Assembly: GCA_964557375.1 (NCBI GenBank)
Contig: CAZKZZ010000005.1
Coordinates: forward strand, 612-64,611
DNA from: an uncultured Spirochaetales bacterium
GTDB lineage: Bacteria > Spirochaetota > Spirochaetia > SPDA01 > CAZJBZ01
Direction of reading: 5' to 3'
Length of the DNA stretch: 64,000 nucleotides
The translations under genes and the position numbers were made by a program. Under the pieces are notes generated by a model. That model did not search any database. It saw nothing but the letters and a program-made list of their open reading frames with translations, and was not told the DNA's origin. This document shows, in pieces, positions 51,403-59,931 of the stretch; position 1 is the stretch's first letter, and each line of letters opens with the position of its first letter.

Positions 51403-53736
51403 TTAGCCTTTATCGAGTTTTTTAGCAACTTCTCTGATTTCAAAGACTTCGAATTCATCCCCGACTTTCAGATCGTTGTAATTTTCGAGGCCGATTCCAC
51501 ACTCGTAATTTGACTCTACTTCTCTCACATCTTCTTTGAACCGTTTTAAGGAGGTTATTTTTCCGGTATGGATCTCTATCCCGTCACGGATGACATGGAC
51601 GTTCGCCCCGCGTGTAACCTTGCCGGAGGTGACAAAACAGCCGGCGATGACCCCCACTTTAGGCACTTTGAATATGTCCCGCACTTCTACTTTTCCAACT
51701 GTCTCTTCTTTGAGATCCGGAGAGAGAAGACCTTCCATAGCGGCTTTTATATCGTTGACAGCATCATAGATAACGTTGTACTTCCGGATTTCTACTTTGT
51801 CTTTCTCCGCTAATGATGATGCATTTGAAGTCGGGCGGACATGAAATCCGATAATAATCGCATTCGATGTCGAGGCCAAGAGAACATCACTTTCGTTAAT
51901 CGCACCCGCTGAAGAGTGGATAACTTCGAGTCGGATCTCAGAAGTACTCAGCTTCTCTAGCGCGCTTTGTAACGCTTCCGCGGAACCATGTACATCCGCC
52001 TTGATAATTACCTTGAGGACCTCGACTTCTCCTTCCTGAATCGAATCGTAGAGGTTATCCAGAGTGATTTTTCTCACATTTTGTGCTTCTTCAACCTTTT
52101 TCAGTTCTTGCCGTTTATCTCCGACCTGACGGGCCACTTTCTCATTTTCGGTGACTTGAAAGGGGTCACCTGCGTGGGCCAGACCGGTAAATCCGAGAAT
52201 TTCAATCGGCATAGACGGAGTAGCTTCATCGATTTTTTCTCCCCGGTCGTTAAAAATAGCCCTGACCCTTCCGGGATAAATTCCGGCAACAAACGAATCT
52301 CCAACCTTGAGTGTCCCCCGCTGAATGAGGACCGTAGACACGATTCCCCTGCCATGATCAATTCGTGACTCCAAAACTTTCCCTTCCGCACGGCATTCGT
52401 AGTCGGTTTTCAGTTCCAGCATTTCCGACTGCAGGAGGATGATGTCTAAGAGGTCATCAATTCCCTCTTTCTTTAGAGCGGAGAGTTCATTTATCAGCGT
52501 GCTGCCGCCCCAATCTTCCGGAATGAGTTCATACTCGGAGAGCTGCTGTTTTACTCTGTCCGGATTTGCCTCGGGGAGATCAATTTTATTTATGGCCACT
52601 ATGATTGGCACGTTCGCCTCTTTGGCGTGATTGATCGCTTCTACGGTCTGAGGCATGACCCCGTCGTTTGCAGCAACCACGAGGACTACGATATCGGTTA
52701 CATCAGCACCTCTCGAACGCATCATCGTAAAAGCCTCATGACCCGGGGTGTCGAGAAATACGATTTTACCCTTTGGGTGATCGACCATATATGCCCCGAT
52801 GTGCTGCGTTATTCCTCCAAACTCATCATCAACAACATTGGTAGTCCGGATTGCATCCAACAATTTGGTTTTTCCGTGGTCGACGTGGCCCATAACGGTG
52901 ACAATCGGCGGACGCTCTCTCAAATCCTCTTCAGAGGTTTTTTCGCTTTCGATGATCGTCTCGTCGTATAGAGAAACGATATTTACTTTACAATCATATT
53001 CTTCTGCAAGAATCGCGGCTGTATCCGCGTCGATTTGCTGGTTAATCGTTACCATCATCCCGAGACCCATCAGTTTTGAAATAAGGTCGGAAGCCTTTAA
53101 ATTCATTTTTTTGGCCAAATCGGATACCGTGATGACTTCCATGATGTCTATCTCTTTAGGAACAGGATTGGCACGCTGAACCGGCTTCTTTTTGACAGGA
53201 ATAATTTTCTCCTGATGTTCCTCTTGTTTAGATTTCTGGTAAGCGCCTTTCTTTTTTGTTTTGAAGAACTTTTTACTACTCGGTTTCTTGTCCGCGGCAG
53301 GAGGCACCTCAGGCTTTGCAGCAGGTCTTTCATAGCGCGGCTGATATTTCCCCTTTTGTTTTTCTCCGGGTTTCTCTCTTTTTTCTTCCCGTTTTCCCGG
53401 AGTTTCCTTCTGGGGAACCTTTCCCTTTTCGGCCGGTATTGTTTCTCTTTTTACCCGTTGTTCTTCGGAGGGCCGTTTTTCTTTTAATTCTTCTTCGGCG
53501 CGCGCGGTAGTTGCGGTTTCTTCAGCTGTAACCTCTTTCGGTTGTTCTTTTTCCGGCTTTTCAGCTTTTTTGGCACCGGGTTTTTTGACCACAACAACTT
53601 TTTTGGGTTTTTTGACTACAACGACCTTTTTTTTCTCTTTGGACTCAGAGGTGTCCCCTTCTTGTTCCTTCGGTTTAGAGGGTTTTCTATGTTTAATAAG
53701 TGTTGCCTTAGGTTTTTTTTCTTGATCTTCAGCCAT
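51403..53736 (-). CDS. infB: translation initiation factor IF-2
   Basis: G domain (GHVDHGKT, DTPGH, NKID), domains II to C2, and a Lys/Glu/Pro-rich N-terminus. ATG 53736 with GGGAG upstream is preferred over the track TTG 53757. Confidence 0.96.
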   Translation of the reverse strand: MAEDQEKKPKATLIKHRKPSKPKEQEGDTSESKEKKKVVVVKKPKKVVVVKKPGAKKAEKPEKEQPKEVTAEETATTARAEEELKEKRPSEEQRVKRETIPAEKGKVPQKETPGKREEKREKPGEKQKGKYQPRYERPAAKPEVPPAADKKPSSKKFFKTKKKGAYQKSKQEEHQEKIIPVKKKPVQRANPVPKEIDIMEVITVSDLAKKMNLKASDLISKLMGLGMMVTINQQIDADTAAILAEEYDCKVNIVSLYDETIIESEKTSEEDLRERPPIVTVMGHVDHGKTKLLDAIRTTNVVDDEFGGITQHIGAYMVDHPKGKIVFLDTPGHEAFTMMRSRGADVTDIVVLVVAANDGVMPQTVEAINHAKEANVPIIVAINKIDLPEANPDRVKQQLSEYELIPEDWGGSTLINELSALKKEGIDDLLDIILLQSEMLELKTDYECRAEGKVLESRIDHGRGIVSTVLIQRGTLKVGDSFVAGIYPGRVRAIFNDRGEKIDEATPSMPIEILGFTGLAHAGDPFQVTENEKVARQVGDKRQELKKVEEAQNVRKITLDNLYDSIQEGEVEVLKVIIKADVHGSAEALQSALEKLSTSEIRLEVIHSSAGAINESDVLLASTSNAIIIGFHVRPTSNASSLAEKDKVEIRKYNVIYDAVNDIKAAMEGLLSPDLKEETVGKVEVRDIFKVPKVGVIAGCFVTSGKVTRGANVHVIRDGIEIHTGKITSLKRFKEDVREVESNYECGIGLENYNDLKVGDEFEVFEIREVAKKLDKG

Positions 53737-53763
53737 ATACTCCCTTCTCACGTTCAAACAATG

Positions 53764-55347
53764 TTACTTTTCTTCCTCAAGTTCTTCTTCTTCGAGTTCT
53801 TCTCCAGCTGTTTCTCCCTCTTCTTCGAATTCAAAGCTTAAACCTACACCACAATTTGGACAAGTGGTCATATCCACGGTAATTGCAGCGCCGCATTCGG
53901 GACATTCGTATGTTTCCTCAGCCTCTTCCTCAATGTATTCTTCCTCTGCAGTATAGGATGCAGCATCAGCGACCGGTTCTTTTTCGTCGGAGGTAATCTC
54001 GGGTCCCTCCACTTCTGAGGCGGATACTTCTTCTGCTTCTTCTTCCTCAATGATTTCTACGTTTTCTTCGATTATAGACTTAATAGTTTCAATATCTTGA
54101 GGAGTTAATCCCTCAATAGCAGATAATTCGTCCGGACTCATACTTACCAGGGTTTCTATGAGATCCACCCCGTTTTGCCTGAGTATTTCCGCAATTCTTT
54201 CCGAAATTCCAGGTAATTCGGCAATTGTGGAGATTTCTTCTTCACTTTCCTCGACTTCGTCACTGAAGAGCGCGGAGATTGCACGTTTGGTTTCGGCCGA
54301 TATATCCATCTCTTCGAATTGCTGTTCGGTTTTTACATCTATATTCCAATCCACGAGGCGGTTTGCAAGCCGAACATTGAGCCCTTGTTTTCCAATGGCC
54401 AGAGAAAGATGATTTTCTCCGACAACCGCGAGTGCCTGTTTTTTTGATTCGTCGAGAATAACGACCGTTTCAACTTCAGCAGGAGATAATGCGTTTTTAA
54501 TAAACGTCCGCGGATCAGTATCGTATTTTAATATATCGATTTTTTCTCCTTCGAGTTCCCGCACGATTGCCTGTATTCTTACCCCTTTCATTCCGACACA
54601 GGCACCGACAGGATCTACGTCTTCGCGATTGGAATATACTGCCAGTTTTGTTCTGTAACCGGGTTCACGGACGATTTTAAAGATCTCTACGGTCTGGTCA
54701 TAAATTTCAGGAACTTCGAGCTCGAAAATCTTCTTCACAAAATCGGTGTGTGTTCTCGATAAAACGATCTGAAGCCCTGCCGGAGTTTTATTTACTTCGT
54801 AAATGAGTGCTTTGATCCGGTCATTCGGACGGTATATCTCACGGGGAGACTGGAACCGCTTGGGTAATATCCCTTCGACCTTGCCAAGATCTACAAAAAT
54901 ATTACCGTTACGTTCTCGCTGGAAATATCCGATGATCATCTCTCCGACTTTGTCTTTGTACTCTGAATAGAGGGTGTCTTTCTGGATCTCTCTCAGGGTC
55001 TGTTTTGCTTTCTGTTTTGCACTCTGTATTGCAATACGGTCGAACTCATGGGGATTTATCTCAATCAGCAGCTCATCGCCGGGTTCGCATTCGTCGTTGT
55101 ATTCGAGAGCATCATCTAATGAGATTTCGGTTATCGGGTCTTCGACTTCATTGACAATCTCTTTTCGTGCGAAAAGAGACACCTCTTCTCCATCTTCACT
55201 AAAACGAACGACTGCGTTATCAACGATTCCGAACTTTTTTTTGTACGCCGCGAGGAGAAACTCTTCGATTGTTTTCCTTACGAGTTCCTCCGAGATCCCC
55301 TTGTTTTCTACTAATTCGCGAACGGCGTTGGCCAATCCAGAAGCCAT
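53764..55347 (-). CDS. nusA: transcription termination/antitermination factor NusA with C-terminal zinc-ribbon extension
   Basis: NTD, S1, KH1/KH2 (GACVGMKGVRIQ, AIGKQGLNVRLA) and an HhH-like repeat. These are followed by an acidic linker, CPECG-x10-CPNCG, and an acidic tail. AAGGAGG RBS. Confidence 0.95.
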   Translation of the reverse strand: MASGLANAVRELVENKGISEELVRKTIEEFLLAAYKKKFGIVDNAVVRFSEDGEEVSLFARKEIVNEVEDPITEISLDDALEYNDECEPGDELLIEINPHEFDRIAIQSAKQKAKQTLREIQKDTLYSEYKDKVGEMIIGYFQRERNGNIFVDLGKVEGILPKRFQSPREIYRPNDRIKALIYEVNKTPAGLQIVLSRTHTDFVKKIFELEVPEIYDQTVEIFKIVREPGYRTKLAVYSNREDVDPVGACVGMKGVRIQAIVRELEGEKIDILKYDTDPRTFIKNALSPAEVETVVILDESKKQALAVVGENHLSLAIGKQGLNVRLANRLVDWNIDVKTEQQFEEMDISAETKRAISALFSDEVEESEEEISTIAELPGISERIAEILRQNGVDLIETLVSMSPDELSAIEGLTPQDIETIKSIIEENVEIIEEEEAEEVSASEVEGPEITSDEKEPVADAASYTAEEEYIEEEAEETYECPECGAAITVDMTTCPNCGVGLSFEFEEEGETAGEELEEEELEEEK

Positions 55348-55368
55348 TTCTTTGTGACCTCCTTACTT

Positions 55369-55809
55369 TTAAACGAGTTTGGCTTTTTGTATAGTATCAT
55401 AAGCCAGTGTATATGTGGAATCATCGGATTTGAGAACGACCTGTTTATCGTCCGCATTCTCTATTACTCCTTGTATCCACTCTTTCGATTCTTTTACGAG
55501 TATTTTTACAGGTAGATTCTGAAAAACGGCAAACTCTTCGGTGCTTTTCAGCGTTCTACCTATTCCGGGAGAAGCTACTTCGAGATGTATATCTCTTGAA
55601 TCTTCTATCATTTCAATTCTCGGCATAATGGTGTTGTGTACTTCGGAACAATCCTCGATTGTGACACCGCCGGTTTTATATATTACCAGCACGATGTGAA
55701 GTACACCCTTTACTACCTGCCGTTTGTATTCAACAATATGGATTCCAAGGCCTTCTATTACCGGCCGAATATCCTCCAGTATTGCATCAGTTGTTTCTAT
55801 CCGTTGCAT
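55369..55809 (-). CDS. rimP: ribosome maturation factor RimP
   Basis: 147 aa; the N-terminal alpha/beta and C-terminal Sm-like pattern places it first in the rimP-nusA-infB order. The first track codon is a TTG, so ATG 55809 is used. Confidence 0.88.
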   Translation of the reverse strand: MQRIETTDAILEDIRPVIEGLGIHIVEYKRQVVKGVLHIVLVIYKTGGVTIEDCSEVHNTIMPRIEMIEDSRDIHLEVASPGIGRTLKSTEEFAVFQNLPVKILVKESKEWIQGVIENADDKQVVLKSDDSTYTLAYDTIQKAKLV

Positions 55810-55910
55810 CAATAGTGTGTTTGGCGATTAAATCGCTATAAATAAAACTTGTATTTCCTTAAAAAAACCAATTATTTTTCTACAATTATTTTTCTAGGAA
55901 ACCTCAAATC

Positions 55911-55943
55911 ATAAAAAAAGAGTCGATGGAACGACTCTTTTTA
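55911..55943 (-). terminator. intrinsic terminator downstream of comF
   Basis: Minus strand reads AAAAAGAGTCG-TTCCAT-CGACTCTTTTTTTAT: a 7-bp core stem (extendable by A-U pairs), a 6-nt loop and a U run of 6-7. It separates comF from the rimP operon. Confidence 0.55.
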
Positions 55944-56015
55944 GCTAATGCTCTAAGTTGTCATGTATAAAGTAACAATGTGTTAGATCATTGTCAATAC
56001 GTATATCTGCGATGC

Positions 56016-56705
56016 TTAATCCAAAGCTAAGGTTAGGCAGAAAACGGGTGAAATTCCGGCACGTATGAGTGCGGAAGCGCACACGGATAGCGTCGAACCG
56101 GTTGTAAAAACATCATCTACCAAAACCACTCCTTTAGGAAGAGGTGTTTTTGACCTCTTAAGCTCAATTTTCCCCTGCAGATTGGAAAGACGACTTTCCG
56201 GATCGAGGGTCTTCTGCGGAGCGGTTTTATGCTTTTTAAGCAGTGGGAAGGTTCCAATATTGTACTTCTTTTTTATCAGTGCTGTGATATACCCCATATG
56301 GTCGAAACCTCTTCTGCGGACGGTGTCTTTGGCAGAAGGAACGGGAACAAGCGGTATATCCCCAAATGTAGCGGTATAGATTGAAAACAGCTCCTCAGCA
56401 AACAAATGTGCTAAATCCAATTTGAATTTAAACTTGTATCTGTAGATGAGCTCTTTTATTTCATCCTGGTAGTGGAACACCGACACGTTCTTATTAAATG
56501 AAAACGATCTTTTTCTGCAGTCCATACACAGATCAGTCTCACTTACAAGAGGTCTGCTGCAGATCGTGCATCGGTTTTCTGCTTTTATTCTCTGAAGCGA
56601 GCTCCTGCACGCGGAGCAGAGAGAAAATGCAGGAGGTTTTCCCGGCAGAAGCAGTTCACCGCAGAGTACACACCGTCTCGGATAGAAAATATCAAGGACA
56701 AGCAT
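56016..56705 (-). CDS. comF: ComF family phosphoribosyltransferase-domain protein
   Basis: N-terminal 4-Cys zinc fingers (CVLCG...CSAC, CTIC...CMDC) and a C-terminal PRT motif VVLVDDVFTTGST. Confidence 0.85.
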   Translation of the reverse strand: MLVLDIFYPRRCVLCGELLLPGKPPAFSLCSACRSSLQRIKAENRCTICSRPLVSETDLCMDCRKRSFSFNKNVSVFHYQDEIKELIYRYKFKFKLDLAHLFAEELFSIYTATFGDIPLVPVPSAKDTVRRRGFDHMGYITALIKKKYNIGTFPLLKKHKTAPQKTLDPESRLSNLQGKIELKRSKTPLPKGVVLVDDVFTTGSTLSVCASALIRAGISPVFCLTLALD

Positions 56706-56756
56706 AACCGATCCTCCCTTCTAAAAAAGTAAGACCGGGATGACGGCGCTGGTGAT

Positions 56757-59381
56757 TCAGCCGGACAATTCGTCTTTCCACTGCTGCAGTAAATTGAGCG
56801 CCTGCAGCGGAGTAATGGTATTTATATCGACTGTTTTTATTTTGTCCAGGACCAGCTCGCTTTCGGAAAAGAGTTCTTCCTGGGGTGATGTTTGACCGGA
56901 AGGTTGAGAAGGCTGGGTTTCCGGGGAATGAGTCCGGTCCATCTTCCGCTGTGATAATTTTTTTTCCGTCTCGGCCATATTTTTTAGAAGCTGTGCTGCC
57001 CTTTGTACAACTTCCACAGGGACACCGGCTAATCGGGCAACATGAATGCCGTATGAATTGTTAGCGGAGCCTTTCTTGACCTTTTTTAAGAATATTATCT
57101 CATCTCCCTTTTCCAATACCTCGAGATAATAGTTGCTCATCCGGGGGTGGTTGAGAAGGGTCAATTCATGAAAATGGGTTGCAAAGAGCGTTCTCGCTTT
57201 TACGTTGGTAAGCAGATGTTCGGTGATGGCCCAGGCGATGGAGAGTCCATCGGTAGTTGCAGTCCCTCTGCCGATCTCGTCCATTATGATCAAGCTCTGC
57301 TCAGTGGCGGTTCTCAGTATGTAGGCGGCCTCACTCATTTCCACGAGAAAGGTGGATTCTCCTCTGGCGAGGTTGTCCGAAGCCCCAACCCGGCAGAACA
57401 GTTTATCTACTACACCTATTCGCGCTTCTCCTGCCGGTACAAAAGAACCGATCTGGGCCATTAAAACGATGAGGGCATTCTGGCGTAAAAAAGTTGATTT
57501 CCCGGCCATATTCGGCCCTGTAATGAGTGAAAAAAAAGTTGTTCCTGTGTCGAGACGGAGATCATTGGGGATAAACTCTCCTTGAGGAAGATGATACTCG
57601 ACAACGGGATGGCGGCCTTCTGTTATGGATAATGTCCCATCCGGCAGTAAATCGGGTTTCGAAAATCCGTGCAGGGTTGCAGCTTTTGCAAACGAAGCTA
57701 TGCAGTCTACTTCTGAAAGGAAAGCGGCAGCTGTGTAGATCGGCACAATATAGCTCTTGACCTCTTCGCGAACAGCGAGAAACAGTTCTCTTTCCAGTTC
57801 GATTATCTTCTCCGATGCGTTGTTGAGATTGGTCTCGAGATCGATAAGGGTTTCAGTAGTAAACCGTTCCGAATTGACAAGAGACTGCCTTCTAATGAAG
57901 TGTTCCGGAACAGAGGGGAGATTCGCTTTTGTGACTTCCAGGTAATGGCCGATGATCTTGTTATACCGGATCTTTAATGAGTTTATTCCGGTCTCTTCTT
58001 TTTCTTTCCTAAGGTATGAATCGAGAATTTTTCGGCTGTTCGATTTGAGTTCCGCCAGCTCATCCAAATCTTGTGAATAACCGCTTTTTATCAATCGGCC
58101 TTCGTTCAGTAGCGTCGAAGGGTCTTCATGAATTGACAGTTCTAAAAGACGGGAGAGAGAGTTCAGTTTGGAAAGCAGAGATGAAGCAGGAAAGTCGAAT
58201 GTATCGAGTAATTGCCACTCTTCGATGAGTTCATACAGGTGAAAAAAGCCCGAGAGGGAGTTTTTTATCGCGAGCAGGTCTTTGGCATGGGCTTTGTCCA
58301 TAGAAACCCGAGCCGCCAGCCGCTCCAAGTCGAGTATTGAGGCGAGCAGTTCCCGTATTGATGAGAGCAGCATTTGGTTACGGTAGAGGATCTCGGTTTT
58401 TTCCAGCCTTTTTTCTATAGCTACAATGTCCTGCAGCGGATGGAGAATCCAGTTCTTTAATTTTCGAGCACCGGGAGAGGTTTTGGTGAAATCGAGGACC
58501 TCGAGGAGAGTGTACCGTTTTGTTCCGTCAAACATGTTATAGATGAGTTCGAGATTCCGCTGGGTTGACTCATCGAGGGTAACAAAATCGGTTTCCCTGT
58601 ACCGATGTACTGTCCTTATATGAGGTAAGGTGCTGTTTTGGGTGTTTTCCTGAAGATACTCTAAAAGTATTCCTGCCGCGAAAAGGGCCGGATCATGTTC
58701 TTCTATCCCGAACCCTTTTAAATTGATAACACCAAAGTGCCGTATGATTGTTTCGAATCCGGCAGATATATCGAAATTCCAATCGGGATACCTGTTGATT
58801 ACGGTTCGATCGTGTTCTTTTAAGATGTCGTAAATCTGTTTCTCCTCGTGAAGGGACTCCTGCACGATTATTTCCGACGGTTTGATCCGGGCAAACTCTT
58901 CTCGCAGCTTGTTTTCTGCTCCATCGGCTGGAAATGAGGTAATGCAGAACTCCCCGGTAGAAGGGTCTACATAACAGAGTGAAAATTCCGTGCCTGCTTT
59001 TCCCAATGAACAGAGGTAGTTGTTGAACCGCTGGTCCAAATACTCCTGGTCCAAAACTGTTCCGGGAGTAAGAATTTCCATAATCTGTCTGTCAGCAATT
59101 CCCTTCCCTCCTTTAGGGAGGGTGACCTGCTCACAGATAGCGATTTTTTTGCCTGCTTTCAGTAATCTGCCCACATAATTCCGCGAGGCATGGTAGGGAA
59201 TCCCGCACATGGGAACGCCGTTGCGTTTGGTGAGTGTAAGATTGAGTAAGGTGCTGACCTCCTGAGCATCTTCCTGGAACATTTCATAGAAATCGCCGAG
59301 GCGGAAAAACAGTATGGCATCTTTTGCTTCCTGCTTCAGACGCTTGTACTGTCGCATCATCGGAGTGTCGGGCATGGTCAT
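56757..59381 (-). CDS. mutS: DNA mismatch repair protein MutS
   Basis: N-terminal TPMMRQY...FYRLGDFYE mismatch-binding motif, Walker A GPNMAGKST, DEIGRGT, and a C-terminal dimerisation region. Confidence 0.97.
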   Translation of the reverse strand: MTMPDTPMMRQYKRLKQEAKDAILFFRLGDFYEMFQEDAQEVSTLLNLTLTKRNGVPMCGIPYHASRNYVGRLLKAGKKIAICEQVTLPKGGKGIADRQIMEILTPGTVLDQEYLDQRFNNYLCSLGKAGTEFSLCYVDPSTGEFCITSFPADGAENKLREEFARIKPSEIIVQESLHEEKQIYDILKEHDRTVINRYPDWNFDISAGFETIIRHFGVINLKGFGIEEHDPALFAAGILLEYLQENTQNSTLPHIRTVHRYRETDFVTLDESTQRNLELIYNMFDGTKRYTLLEVLDFTKTSPGARKLKNWILHPLQDIVAIEKRLEKTEILYRNQMLLSSIRELLASILDLERLAARVSMDKAHAKDLLAIKNSLSGFFHLYELIEEWQLLDTFDFPASSLLSKLNSLSRLLELSIHEDPSTLLNEGRLIKSGYSQDLDELAELKSNSRKILDSYLRKEKEETGINSLKIRYNKIIGHYLEVTKANLPSVPEHFIRRQSLVNSERFTTETLIDLETNLNNASEKIIELERELFLAVREEVKSYIVPIYTAAAFLSEVDCIASFAKAATLHGFSKPDLLPDGTLSITEGRHPVVEYHLPQGEFIPNDLRLDTGTTFFSLITGPNMAGKSTFLRQNALIVLMAQIGSFVPAGEARIGVVDKLFCRVGASDNLARGESTFLVEMSEAAYILRTATEQSLIIMDEIGRGTATTDGLSIAWAITEHLLTNVKARTLFATHFHELTLLNHPRMSNYYLEVLEKGDEIIFLKKVKKGSANNSYGIHVARLAGVPVEVVQRAAQLLKNMAETEKKLSQRKMDRTHSPETQPSQPSGQTSPQEELFSESELVLDKIKTVDINTITPLQALNLLQQWKDELSG

Positions 59382-59385
59382 ACTA

Positions 59386-59913
59386 TTACGGGGATGTTTG
59401 GCGGAGTCTCTCCAGTACCTTATCGGTTATATCGACTGCCTGGCTCCACCAGACAATATTGGGATCTTTTGCCCGTAAGACGATAGAATATCCCTCACTT
59501 TCAGCAATATATTGCACTTCTTTTAAAATTTCCCCGAGAAACGATGAGGATTCCAGCAGGCTTTCCTGTTTCTTTTTTATTTGGTTGTATTTGATCCGGG
59601 TATATTCCTGGAGGTACTCTTTTTTTTCAAAAATCTCATCTTCCAGCTGCAGTACGGTACTCTCATCCCCGCGATTTTCCGCATCGAGTTTTCTCTCCTC
59701 GAGTTGTTCGATCTCGTCGGTAATCCGCTGCCGGTCGTCCTCGAACTCACTTCTCATCTCTTCCAATTCTCGGTACGCTCTCGATTCACGGAAATAGTTC
59801 GAGATGATTTCGGATAAATCTATTATGCCGATTTGCGTAAATTGATCCGCGGGGGCTCCCGATACAATAATTGACAGCAGAACAAATAAAGCAACTATCA
59901 GCTTATTTTTCAT
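59386..59913 (-). CDS. skp: OmpH/Skp-family periplasmic chaperone
   Basis: Signal peptide followed by a long charged coiled coil of the right size (175 aa), directly downstream of bamA. Confidence 0.8.
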   Translation of the reverse strand: MKNKLIVALFVLLSIIVSGAPADQFTQIGIIDLSEIISNYFRESRAYRELEEMRSEFEDDRQRITDEIEQLEERKLDAENRGDESTVLQLEDEIFEKKEYLQEYTRIKYNQIKKKQESLLESSSFLGEILKEVQYIAESEGYSIVLRAKDPNIVWWSQAVDITDKVLERLRQTSP

Positions 59914-59931
59914 ATCTGACTCCTGTAACCC

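Noticed and set aside
53575-53640. Near-duplicate segments of about 27 nt encoding KKPKKVVVV twice in the IF-2 N-terminus.
   Set aside because: The IF-2 N-terminal regions are generally low-complexity, Lys-rich and repetitive. This is within normal variation.
55944-55997. TTGACA-17 nt-TACTTT on the minus strand, between the comF stop and the terminator. Together with the terminator it would define a small RNA of about 55 nt.
   Set aside because: The -10 box is weak. The -35 box is also one arm of a 6-bp hairpin (ACAATG...CATTGT). The simplest reading is a comF 3' UTR. It cannot be supported without expression or conservation data.
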